Part shown: positions 36,623 through 46,500 of the stretch, in pieces
Position numbering within the stretch: position 1 is the stretch's first letter
Layout: each line of letters begins with the position of its first letter
Source: a virus
Length of the DNA stretch: 64,000 bases
Virus record (IMG/VR): IMGVR_UViG_3300037418_003060
Location: 1 to 64,000 of that record
Direction: 5' to 3' (one strand)
Notes under the pieces: generated by a model
What the model saw: only the letters and a program-made list of their open reading frames with translations
Database searches by the model: none
What the model was told of the DNA's origin: nothing
Made by a program: the position numbers and the translations under genes

Positions 36623-39565
36623 ATGCCGAACTACTACTACGTCCAATACAAGGGTGGTGAGGAGACCTGGGCGCCGATCCCGGCGTCCAAGCGCCGCGAG
36701 ATCGAAGCGGCCAAGCGTCCTGCCTTCATCACCGCGCTGTCTGTGTCCAAGCTGGTCGAAGACCTGTCCTACGAGGACAAGCTGCTCCTGACCTACGCCG
36801 GCCCCATGTACTTCGACTGGGACATGAAGGGCGACCCGGCCACGGCGCAGACGATCATTATCGAGAAGGTCAACCAGTTCCTCGACAAGCTCGAGAAGAT
36901 GGGCGTGAACCTGGCCCAGTGCATGCTGTATGCTACCGGCGGCCGCGGCTACCACCTTGAGATCCCGCAAGAGGTCTTCATGGACAAGGTGCCGCCCAAG
37001 GGTGTGTGTGGCCTGCCTGTCATCTACAAGGAAGTCGCGCTCAAGCTGGCCGTCGACACCCTTGACCTGACCATTTACTCGGCGCAGCGCGGCCGCATGT
37101 GGCGCACGGTGAACGTGCAGCGCGAGAACGGCCGCTACAAGGTGCCCATCACGCCGTCCGAGATGCGCGCGATGACGCCCGAGCTGTGCGACGCGCTCAC
37201 CAGCGAGCCGCGCGCGGCGCTGGTGATCCAGAAGCCGGAATACTGCCTGGACCTGGCCATGCTGTACGCCGAGTGCGCGCAGTCGGTCGACGACATGCTG
37301 GCGCGCCGGCGCAAGTCCAAGCCTGACCCGAAGATGCAGGAGAAGGCGCACGCCGAGTCGATCCAGATGATGATGGCCGGCTTCGGCATCAAGCCAGGTA
37401 CCAGCTTCTACGCGCTGGCGCTGCAGATCTCGATCTCGGCCACCACCGCCGGCCTGTCCGAGGACCAGATGGTCGAGCAGTGCGCAGGCCTGATCGCCAA
37501 CCACGAGTCGGACGGCCGCTACAACACGCCGAAGAAGCGCGAGGAGTGGCTGCGCCGCATGTACCACTACGTGAACGGCAACCCGTGCTACGAATTCTCG
37601 ATCCCCGCGATCAAGGTGCTGCTCACGCACGCGGCGCCGGACCTGGACGGCCTGCCAGTCACGCAGGAAGACATCAAGGAAGAGATCAGGCGTGCAGAGG
37701 AAGAGGAGCCGGTCGAGATCGACGAGTTTGCCGACGTGGCGCGCGGCATCAGCCTGGCCAAGCACGGGATCTACAAGGACACGGCCGAAGGCAAGGTGCG
37801 CATCTGCGCATTGTCGTTCGCCAACCCGTGCGTGCTGAAAAGCTCGACCACCTGCCAGATCGTCGGCTATGAGGCTGACATCCTGGTCAACGGCGCCTTC
37901 GTCGGGCGCCAGACGCTTGAGACGGACGTGTTCGCCACGCTCACCGCGTTCAACCGCTTCGCCAGTAAGTACGGTCACGCCTTCCAAGGCCTCGACCCAC
38001 AAGTCAGGACAGTCATGATGCGCTTCGTCGAAAAAGCGAAAAAGGCGGGCACGACGCGCTACGTCGTCAACCGCGAAGGGCTCGACCTGGTGTCGATCCC
38101 GCACCACGAAAACCCGGCCTTCCACAAACCGTTCCTCGTGTGGGCCGACGGCTACACCGTGATGGTGCAGCCGGACGTCGCCGCGGCGGGCCTGGAGCTC
38201 ACCTTCGCCGGCTATCCGGATCCGCGCGGCGTGTTCAAGACCGACATCAGCCGCGCGCCGGCACTGGCCAGCTGGATCAAGGAAGAAGGCAACAAGGAGC
38301 TGCTGAAGAACACCTTGCGCAACCTGTTCACCTGCCAGAAGCCGGATTTCCTGGGCAAGGTGATCGGCTGGCACGTGGCCTGTTTCTGGAAGCAGCTCTT
38401 CATCAAGGCCTACCTGAAATTCCCGCTGCTGCACATCAATGGCGCGGCCGGTCTGGGCAAGACCGAAACGGTCCTCAACATCGGCAACCTGTTCTACTAC
38501 GAGAAGGAGGTGCGGCCGCTCTCGCCCGGGTCGACCACCTTTGCGATGAACCAGCACCTGACCGCCTCGGCGTCGATCCCGCTGGTGCTGGACGAATACA
38601 AGCCGCACGCGATGAAGCAGGACCTGCACGAGCGCATCAAGGGCATGCTGCGCGACGCCTACAACCAGCGCGATGTGGCGCGCGGCGGCGGCTCGCGCGA
38701 GTCGGACGACTACCGCGTGCTGCACGAGACGCAGCTGTCGGCGCCGCTCGTGTTTATCGCCGAGGCGGCCGAGGACGAGGCGGCGGTGATGGAGCGCGTG
38801 GTGCTGGCCACGATCACACGCCCCTCGCAGATGCAGGGCCTGCAGTGGCTGGCACGCTACCAGGCCTACCACCGCCACAAGCATCTGCTGGGCATCCTGG
38901 GCCAGTACCTGGCCGCCTCGATCGTCAACGAGACGACGATCGAATCCTTCACCACCGAGTTCGATGAGCTTTATGAGGTGGCGCGCGCCAAGTACATGCT
39001 GACCGAGGCGGACCTGCAGGGTGGCGTGGACGAAGAGACGCTCAAGAACAAGCAGAACGCCAAGGAGCGCAGCGTGTTCAACCACACGGTGGCCACCTTC
39101 GGCTTTCGCAAGCTGCGCCAGCTGGTGCACGCCACGGTCGGCGATGAGCTGGACGAGGTCATGGCCGAGCTTGAGGAAAAGATCTTCGACCGCATGAGCG
39201 ACCTGCACGCGGCCACCACGCCGGAATACGTCAAGGTGTTCAGCATGATGAGCGCGATGACCTACTCGGTGTCGTCTGACCGGCCGGAAGCGCTGGTCAA
39301 GGAGAAGGACTACGCCTTCGTGCCGCAAGGTGGCCGCACCTTGCTTGAGCTGTCGATCCGTACGGCCTACCTCAAGTACCGTACCTACTGCAAGAACAGT
39401 TCGATCACGCCGCTGTACGGCAATGAGATTTCGTTCATGCACGCGGTCAAGGACTCGCCCGCGTTCGTCAAGCAGGGCAGTGGTCAGGCCTTGCCGGTGC
39501 CGGGGGTCTACACCTTCGATTCGGAGGTGCTGGCCGGCCTTGGGGTCGACGTTTTCAAGCACTGA
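36623..39565 (+). CDS. primase (AEP-like)-NTPase/helicase fusion
   Basis: YFDWD and TGGRGYH AEP motifs; Walker A GAAGLGKT; Walker B LVLDE. Confidence 0.8.
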   Translation: MPNYYYVQYKGGEETWAPIPASKRREIEAAKRPAFITALSVSKLVEDLSYEDKLLLTYAGPMYFDWDMKGDPATAQTIIIEKVNQFLDKLEKMGVNLAQCMLYATGGRGYHLEIPQEVFMDKVPPKGVCGLPVIYKEVALKLAVDTLDLTIYSAQRGRMWRTVNVQRENGRYKVPITPSEMRAMTPELCDALTSEPRAALVIQKPEYCLDLAMLYAECAQSVDDMLARRRKSKPDPKMQEKAHAESIQMMMAGFGIKPGTSFYALALQISISATTAGLSEDQMVEQCAGLIANHESDGRYNTPKKREEWLRRMYHYVNGNPCYEFSIPAIKVLLTHAAPDLDGLPVTQEDIKEEIRRAEEEEPVEIDEFADVARGISLAKHGIYKDTAEGKVRICALSFANPCVLKSSTTCQIVGYEADILVNGAFVGRQTLETDVFATLTAFNRFASKYGHAFQGLDPQVRTVMMRFVEKAKKAGTTRYVVNREGLDLVSIPHHENPAFHKPFLVWADGYTVMVQPDVAAAGLELTFAGYPDPRGVFKTDISRAPALASWIKEEGNKELLKNTLRNLFTCQKPDFLGKVIGWHVACFWKQLFIKAYLKFPLLHINGAAGLGKTETVLNIGNLFYYEKEVRPLSPGSTTFAMNQHLTASASIPLVLDEYKPHAMKQDLHERIKGMLRDAYNQRDVARGGGSRESDDYRVLHETQLSAPLVFIAEAAEDEAAVMERVVLATITRPSQMQGLQWLARYQAYHRHKHLLGILGQYLAASIVNETTIESFTTEFDELYEVARAKYMLTEADLQGGVDEETLKNKQNAKERSVFNHTVATFGFRKLRQLVHATVGDELDEVMAELEEKIFDRMSDLHAATTPEYVKVFSMMSAMTYSVSSDRPEALVKEKDYAFVPQGGRTLLELSIRTAYLKYRTYCKNSSITPLYGNEISFMHAVKDSPAFVKQGSGQALPVPGVYTFDSEVLAGLGVDVFKH

Positions 39566-39573
39566 AAAAGTTT

Positions 39574-39602
39574 TTGACAGGAATCAAATTGTTTGATATC
39601 TT
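39574..39602 (+). promoter_or_regulatory. sigma70 promoter
   Basis: TTGACA-17 bp-TATCTT with extended TG and A-tract upstream. Confidence 0.7.
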
Positions 39603-39688
39603 GGTTTCTGTTCGGAAAGGGTGGTGACCTGCACCTGCTATGCCGGAAAGACCGGCCTAACGGTAACGTGAACATAAGAGGAAATGAA

Positions 39689-40519
39689 ATGGCACTCGTA
39701 AAAAATCAAGAAGCAGCTTCGGGCAAGTCGTTCGAGATGGAGGATTCGGACGTCGGCGGCGACACCGCGACCGAGACCACCCACACGATGACCGCTGACG
39801 AAAAGGTCGCGGCTCAGGTTGCCAAGAACGCGTCGCGCGCTGCCGGTAGTGCTGGCACCGCCACCGGCACCCCCGCTGATACGGCCCAACAGGCTTCCAC
39901 GTCGACTGCTGTCGCAGCGAGCAAGCCGAACGACCTGGTTATCTCCATGACCAAGGCCAACCCGTTCACGCCGCTCGAGAACGCGATCCACGTCGACTAC
40001 AACACGCTGACCCGCATTATGGTCACGAACGGCAACGTGCAGAACAAGGAAACCAAGGCGCTGTACGGTGACTCGGTCGAGCTGCAGCTGATCTCGTTCC
40101 AGAAGCACCATGTCGTGGCACCGGGCGGCGATTCCAAGGACGAAGAGTCGCTGAATTACCTGAAGTTCTCGGACGACGGCAAGACCGAGCGCGAGACCGG
40201 CCGCCCGCTGCAGGAATTCGTCGACGCGGCCATTGCAGCCGGCTACGATCAGGCCCGTATCCAGGAACGCGTTATCCTGGTGGGCGAACTGGTCAAGGCT
40301 GCCAAGGCGTGCGACATCATCGGCGAGCTGGTGCAGATCGACCTGGCGCCGCGCAGCGTGCGCAACTTCAACACCTACCAGGTCAACTCGGCCTTCAAGG
40401 TGGCCAAGGGCCTGCTGACCTCCGAGCAGGCACGGCGTGTGAAGATCGTGTGCGACGTCCAGACCAAGGGCAGCAACAACTGGACCGACGCCAAGTTCGA
40501 GGTCGGTACCGGCGCCTAA
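39689..40519 (+). CDS. putative single-stranded DNA-binding/recombination protein
   Basis: Position in replication module with own promoter and terminator; low-complexity N-terminus then beta-rich core; function inferred only. Confidence 0.45.
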   Translation: MALVKNQEAASGKSFEMEDSDVGGDTATETTHTMTADEKVAAQVAKNASRAAGSAGTATGTPADTAQQASTSTAVAASKPNDLVISMTKANPFTPLENAIHVDYNTLTRIMVTNGNVQNKETKALYGDSVELQLISFQKHHVVAPGGDSKDEESLNYLKFSDDGKTERETGRPLQEFVDAAIAAGYDQARIQERVILVGELVKAAKACDIIGELVQIDLAPRSVRNFNTYQVNSAFKVAKGLLTSEQARRVKIVCDVQTKGSNNWTDAKFEVGTGA

Positions 40520-40537
40520 GCACCGTCAACGCAGTAC

Positions 40538-40566
40538 AGAGCCGTCCGCCCGGGCGGCTCTTTTTT
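40538..40566 (+). terminator. Rho-independent terminator
   Basis: AGAGCCGTCC-GCCC-GGGCGGCTCT stem followed by T-run. Confidence 0.85.
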
Positions 40567-40588
40567 CACCTCACGAAAAGTTCAAACT

Positions 40589-41296
40589 ATGGAAACCCAA
40601 GAGTTTGTGCCGGAACACAGATACTTCATCGGCGACACCGAGACGACTGGCCTGAAAAACAAGGCTGCGTGCGAGGTGGCGCTCGTGCAGATCGACCCGG
40701 TCAACCTGAGCGTGATCCGCACCTTCAGTACCCTGATCGACCCGCAGCAGCCGATCGAGGACGGCGCCATGGCCATCCACGGCATCACCAACGAGATGGT
40801 GGCGACCGCGCCGACGATGACCGAATTCGTCGAGCACCCCCGCTATCTGTGCGGTGGCATCCCGGGCGAGATCACGCTCATCTGCCACAACGTGGCGTTC
40901 GACCTGCCGCTGCTCGAGCCGATCGGCCACATCACCCGCACCGTCTGCACGCTGGAAGAGTCGCGAGCGATCCGGCACCTGCTGCCGGGCCTTGCCAACA
41001 ACAAGCTGCAGACCTTGCGCGAGTACTTCGGTATCGAGCGCAACAATGCCCACCGCGCGCTGGACGACTGCATGGTGACGCTGCAGGTGCTCAAGGAGAT
41101 CCTGCGCATCACCGGCCGCACGCTGGACAGCCTGGCCGACGCCAAGGTGCGCACGATCCACCACATGCCGTGGGGCGAGCACGTCGGCAAGCCGCTGTTC
41201 GAAGTGCCATCGTCGTACCTGCGCTGGATGCTGACCCGCGACATCAATAAGAACCTGCGCACCAGTGTCGAGAAGACGCTGGCGATGCGCGGATAA
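40589..41296 (+). CDS. DEDDh 3'-5' exonuclease (ExoX-like)
   Basis: DTETTG, HNVAFD, HRALDD; C-terminal MPWGEHVGKP..EVP..YL.W. Confidence 0.88.
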   Translation: METQEFVPEHRYFIGDTETTGLKNKAACEVALVQIDPVNLSVIRTFSTLIDPQQPIEDGAMAIHGITNEMVATAPTMTEFVEHPRYLCGGIPGEITLICHNVAFDLPLLEPIGHITRTVCTLEESRAIRHLLPGLANNKLQTLREYFGIERNNAHRALDDCMVTLQVLKEILRITGRTLDSLADAKVRTIHHMPWGEHVGKPLFEVPSSYLRWMLTRDINKNLRTSVEKTLAMRG

Positions 41297-41310
41297 CCGA
41301 GGAGAGACCT

Positions 41311-41937
41311 GTGAAATTTGACATCACCACTTACCAGGCGCTCGCGCTGCGCACCGAGAAACTGCTGCCCACGCCGGTTGACCGGCTGGAGCACGCCGCG
41401 CTGGGGCTGTTCACCGAGGGTGGCGAGATCGCCACCGAGATCAAGCGCATCGGCATCTATGGCAAGACGCTCGACGACCTGGACAAAGATAAGAAATACA
41501 CGGTCCGACAGCACGTCGCTGAAGAAGTGGCCGACGTGGCCTGGTATATGGCGATTGCCGCCGACGTGGTTGGCATCGACTTCTTCCGTTACAACCTGCC
41601 GCGCATCGAGCCGCTGCGCCGCGATGACGTGAGCGAGCAGGCGCGCCTGAAACGTGCAACTTTTTCGCTGGGCTCCGAAATCGGGCGATTCATCGACTAT
41701 GTGGAGATTGTGCGCCGACAACGTGGTGTGGGCCCAGGTATAGCCGGCAACCTGCAGATGGCGTTGTCCTGCATCGGCCAGGAACTGGTCAACATCTGCG
41801 ACGCGGCCGACATCGACCTGGCCGCTGCGCTGGGCGCCAACATCGTCAAGCTGCAGGAGCGCTATCCGGAAAAGTACTCCGACGAAGCAGCCGAAGCGCG
41901 CGCTGACAAGGGCGGCCTGGACGCCCGCCACTCGTGA
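41311..41937 (+). CDS. MazG-like NTP pyrophosphohydrolase
   Basis: LGLFTEGGE...EEVADVAWY...NIVKLQERYP. Confidence 0.8.
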   Translation: MKFDITTYQALALRTEKLLPTPVDRLEHAALGLFTEGGEIATEIKRIGIYGKTLDDLDKDKKYTVRQHVAEEVADVAWYMAIAADVVGIDFFRYNLPRIEPLRRDDVSEQARLKRATFSLGSEIGRFIDYVEIVRRQRGVGPGIAGNLQMALSCIGQELVNICDAADIDLAAALGANIVKLQERYPEKYSDEAAEARADKGGLDARHS

Positions 41938-42968
41938 TCACCGCGGCCGCCCAGGTGCGCCTGCTTGCCGACGCGGTTGCGACTTCGGTGGCAGCGGCGC
42001 CCCTGCTTGATGAGGAGCGCCACCCGCAGCGCATCGCCATCGTCGACCTGCCGTGGGCCTGCCCGCCACTGATCACCGACGAGGCGCTCGACGGCGGCCT
42101 GCAGGACTTCTTCGACGCGCCGGTACCGGTGACGCCGGAAGACCTGCACCGCTTCTGGGTGACGGCCACGCGCCAGCTGTGGCACGAGCCGTCGCGTCTG
42201 CTCAAGAACGGCGTGTACGAGGCGCTGGGTGCGGCCATGCCGCGTGCGAAGCTGGGCGTGCGCGCCTTCCGCTTCTCGGTGCCGGCCGGCGCGCCGGCGC
42301 AGGTCGACGAGTCGGCAGCGGTGACACTGGCGCTCGAGGTGGCGCACTGCGCACGCGTGTCGTTTCCGGTGAGCTACCTTCGCCACGACGACGACAACTA
42401 CGTCGTCATGGTCAATGGCGGGCGCTTCGGGGTCGAGAACGGTAAGCCGCTGATCCCGACACCCTTCTCGTTCGACGCGCGCGGCCAGGTCGACACCCTG
42501 CTGCGCGCGCCGCGCGGCGAGCTGACCTACGCCTGCCACTACGACCAGATCGCGGCGGTGCGCTCGATCCTGTACTCGCACCCGGACAAGTTCAAGCACT
42601 GCTTCAACGCGCTCGATCAGGCGCTGCAGGCACTGCGCTACCTGTCGCTGGGAGGCTACTGCCCGGAGCTGGTGCGCGCCATGGTGGTCAAGCCGGTCGA
42701 CGTGCAGCGCCAGAAGGACGCGGAGGCGGCGCTGTACGAGGCGATCGACACGATCCGCGACACGCGGCTCAATGACCGCAGCAAGCTGGCCACCCTGCGC
42801 AACCTGCTGGTGCCGGCTGCGATGACGGTCGCGAAATACAAGCAGCTGGTCTTCTCGTCCAGCCGCTTGCCGTTCACGATGGCGCCGGGCAAGGCGCGCC
42901 AGATCGAGGACAACCTGGTGATGCTCTACAAAGCTGAAGTACCCACCGGCCTGCAACGGCCAATCTGA
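41934..42968 (+). CDS. hypothetical protein (344 aa)
   Basis: GTGA coupling; strong codon bias; no recognised motif. Confidence 0.75.
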   Translation: MITAAAQVRLLADAVATSVAAAPLLDEERHPQRIAIVDLPWACPPLITDEALDGGLQDFFDAPVPVTPEDLHRFWVTATRQLWHEPSRLLKNGVYEALGAAMPRAKLGVRAFRFSVPAGAPAQVDESAAVTLALEVAHCARVSFPVSYLRHDDDNYVVMVNGGRFGVENGKPLIPTPFSFDARGQVDTLLRAPRGELTYACHYDQIAAVRSILYSHPDKFKHCFNALDQALQALRYLSLGGYCPELVRAMVVKPVDVQRQKDAEAALYEAIDTIRDTRLNDRSKLATLRNLLVPAAMTVAKYKQLVFSSSRLPFTMAPGKARQIEDNLVMLYKAEVPTGLQRPI

Positions 42969-42980
42969 AAGGACAACAAG

Positions 42981-43532
42981 ATGATAATTTTGGGGATTGC
43001 CGGGCCCGCAGGCGCTGGCAAAGATACCGTCGCCGACTATCTGGTCGAACACCACCGCTTCGTCAAGCTGGCATTTGCCGGGCCGCTCAAGGAGATGCTG
43101 GCCGCGGCCGGCATGCCGGAACCGGCTGACCGCGAGCAGAAGGAGCAGCTGGTACCAGGCTTCACGTTCACGTGGCGCCAGGCCGCGCAGCGTCTGGGCA
43201 CCGAGTGGGGACGTGGCCTGCAGGATGACATTTGGGTGCAGGTCATGCGTCAGCGCATCGAGCGCCTTCAGTGGCTGCGCTGCAGCGAGAAGGGACGCAT
43301 CGTGCTCTCCGACGTCCGCTTCGATAACGAGGCAGCGATGATTCGCGAGCTGGGCGGCCGTGTGGTGCACCTGCGCGCCCGGGGCGGTCTGGCCGGCGAC
43401 GCCGCTGGTCACGCTTCCGAGGCCGGCCTGCGGGCTGCAGACACCGACTACAACGTCAACAACGGCTCCTCGATCGAATACCTGCACGCCCAGATCGAGG
43501 CAATCATCGCCATGCTGGAGGACAAACAATGA
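42981..43532 (+). CDS. deoxynucleoside monophosphate kinase
   Basis: GIAGPAGAGKDT, FAGPLKE, QRLGTEWGR, DVRFDNE, HASE. Confidence 0.88.
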   Translation: MIILGIAGPAGAGKDTVADYLVEHHRFVKLAFAGPLKEMLAAAGMPEPADREQKEQLVPGFTFTWRQAAQRLGTEWGRGLQDDIWVQVMRQRIERLQWLRCSEKGRIVLSDVRFDNEAAMIRELGGRVVHLRARGGLAGDAAGHASEAGLRAADTDYNVNNGSSIEYLHAQIEAIIAMLEDKQ

Positions 43533-46500
43533 CGCGCGTCGCGTACGATATGAGCTCGTTCATGCAAACCGCCCTGCGAGGCGGCAAGGACGACGAAAAC
43601 GGTTACGAAGTCGAGCACGAAGGCAAGAAGGTCTGGATCAACAGCCACTATCACGGCTACGACAAGTGCATCGACTACATGCTCGACGTGCTCAAGGAGT
43701 TCGGCTGCAAGCCGATGAACGCGATCCTCGTGTTCGAAGGGATGAACCAGAAGGCGCGGCGCCAGATGATCGATCCGTCGTACAAGGGCAACCGCGGCAA
43801 GAGTCCGCAGGCCTACTACGACGAGATGGGTACGCTCAAGGTGCGCCTGCTGCAGGCGTGGCGCGACGTCGGCGCCATCGCGGTCGAGCAGGACATCGCC
43901 GAGGGCGACGACACGCTCGCCTGGCTTGCCCAGAACAGCGAAGAGGATCTGGTCGTGGCCACCTACGACAACGACCTGGCGGCGCTCTGCGGCACCAACG
44001 CCTACGGCGCCAAGATCACGACGTGGATCGGTGACGTGAAGGGCGGCCAGGGCCTCATCGACGTGAACAAGTTCGGCGCGTTCGACTACCACCTGATCCC
44101 GACCTACAAGGCGCTGGTGGGCGACTCATCCGACAACATCAAGGGCATCCTGGGCTTCGGCCCCAAGGCGTTCGAAGAGTTCTGCAGCAAGTACGGCTAC
44201 GATGGCCTGGCCGAGCTGCAGGCCATGCTGCTGGCCGGCCGGCTTCACCCGGACCTGGAAGCGATGGACTGCAAGGTCGTCAAGAAGATCGTCGAGAACC
44301 AGAAGGACATGTTCCGCTGCTTCGAGCTTGCGCGCCTGCGCCCCGAGTGGGTCGACACGATGAAGAACCCGCTGCGCTGGATGCCGGGCAAGATCCGGCC
44401 GGTGCAGCAGGGCGACGATCCGCGCCTGAAGCCGTTCCTGGGCCGCATCAAGCTGATCACGGCCGACAACTTCGAGCAGGCAGTCGAATGGGCGCGGCCG
44501 CACATCGAGGCGTCTGTCGAGGTGGCGTTGGACATCGAGGGCTCGGACGCGGACGAATCGGACGACTGGCTGGAGGCGCAGCGCAGCAAGGGCAAGGCGC
44601 CGGGCGTGGACACGTTCGGCTCGACCTTGACCGGGCTGGGGCTGACCTTCGGCGACAACACGCAGTACACGTTCTACATCTCGGTCGACCACGCCGACAC
44701 CAACAACGTGGAGTCGGAAAAGGTACGCCAGTTCATCGCGTCGATCCCGCGCCACATCCCGATCGTCATCCAGAACACGATGTACGAGCTGCCGGTCCTG
44801 TTCAACGAGTGGGGCGCCGAGCAGATGACCAACGGCTGCCACGGCTTCCTGCCCAACGTGCTCGATTCGCTGTTCGAAGGCAGCTACGTGAACGAGAACA
44901 TGGAGCTCGGCCTGAAGGAGCGTTCCAGGTTCTACCTGGGCTACACGCAGGAGACCTACGACGAGGTCACGACCCTGACAGACAAGCCGGAAGACCTGCC
45001 GCGCGGCGGCAAGCTGCTGCGCACGAACTACCTGACCGAGACGTACGAGACCGGCAAGATGGTCGAGGACACCAGTGTCGGCGTGATCAACGAAGACGGC
45101 TCGATCCCGATGATCCCGGAAGTGAAGACGCGCGTGGTCGAGCGCGAGACCGGCGAATTCGAGACCGATTACAAGGGCGACCTGGTGCTGAAGAAGGGCA
45201 AGCCGGTGCCGATCAAGGAGCCGGTCGTCGACACCGTCACCCGCCAGTACAAGATGCGCGAGCTGTCGGCGCGCCACGTGCTCGGCTACGGCGCCGACGA
45301 TACGATCTGCACGATCGCGCTGCACAACTTCTACAAGCTGCACATGCAGCTGGAGCACCACTGGCAGGTGTACCTGGACGTGGAGATCGGCGCGGCCTAC
45401 CAGCACGCCAAGAACTTCGTCGACGGCGTTCCGATGTCGCAGGAAGAGCTCAACCGCCAGATCGCCGAGGACGACAAGATCTTCGCCGGCGCCTGGTCCA
45501 CGCTGCGCGCCTACCTGATGAAGAAGGGCTGGGCCGGCACCGAGCCGCCGGTGTACACCCGCGACATCACCGTCGCCCAGGTCAAGGAAGCCTACCAGAT
45601 CGTCACCGGCGAGCCGCTGGACACAGCGATTCGCACGATGAGCAAACTGGTGACGTTCATCCGCGAGGTGAAGGACCAGCCAATCCTGGCCGCACTGCTT
45701 GAGCGGATGACGGCGCCTCTGGAACCCGACAGCGAGATCACTGCCGAGGAGGCTGCCAAGGCTGGTGAGGGCGAGGACATCATCCGCATGCGCGAGAAGG
45801 CCTTCACCGACTACGTGCGCAGCAAGTTCAGCGGCGAGCCTGAGTTCAACGACGGCAGCACGCCGCAGATGTGCCGCCTGCTGTACGAGGTGATGGAACT
45901 GCCGATCCGCGTGCGCAACAAGCCGACCGACATCATGCGCGCCAAGGGCATCAACGAGGGCAACCCGAAGGCCGATGCGCTGGCGATCGCCTATGCCCTG
46001 CGCGACGCCGAGGGCGACGACGAGAAGGTCGAGGTGCTCAAAGCCCTGCAGCTGATGTCGATGGTGGGCACGCGCCGCAGCCTGTACTACGAGAAGTACC
46101 CGCACTTCCCGCACTGGAAGGACGGCAAGATCCACTCGCAGCATAAGCAGTGTTCGACCAACACGCGCCGCGGCGCGTCGGCCAAACCGAACTTGCAGCA
46201 GCTGCCCAAGCACCCGAAGATGGAGGGCTACGCGGCCGCGTTCCGCCGCGTCATCGTGCCGCACAAGCCGGGCGCCGTGGTGGTCTCGATCGACTTCGAT
46301 GCACAGGAACTGCGCATCATCGCCGAGCGCTCGCAGGACCCGACCGCGCTGTCGATGTTCGTGGGCGACAAGCTGACCAAACCGCACGCGCTGACTGGTC
46401 TCGGTATCGCGATGAAGCTGAAGCCTGAAATCCTCTGGACGTATGACATGTTCATGCAGATCCACAAGGACGACCAGCACGAACTTCACAAGTTCGTCAA

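Noticed and set aside
36461-39562. 1033-aa - strand ORF antisense to the primase
   Set aside because: Shadow ORF from strong GC3 bias of the sense gene; no SD or motif. The same applies to 44126-46954, 34490-36112, 41862-43529 and 53895-55817.
44960-45250. Intein in PolA
   Set aside because: No Cys/Ser start with His-Asn end and no LAGLIDADG motifs
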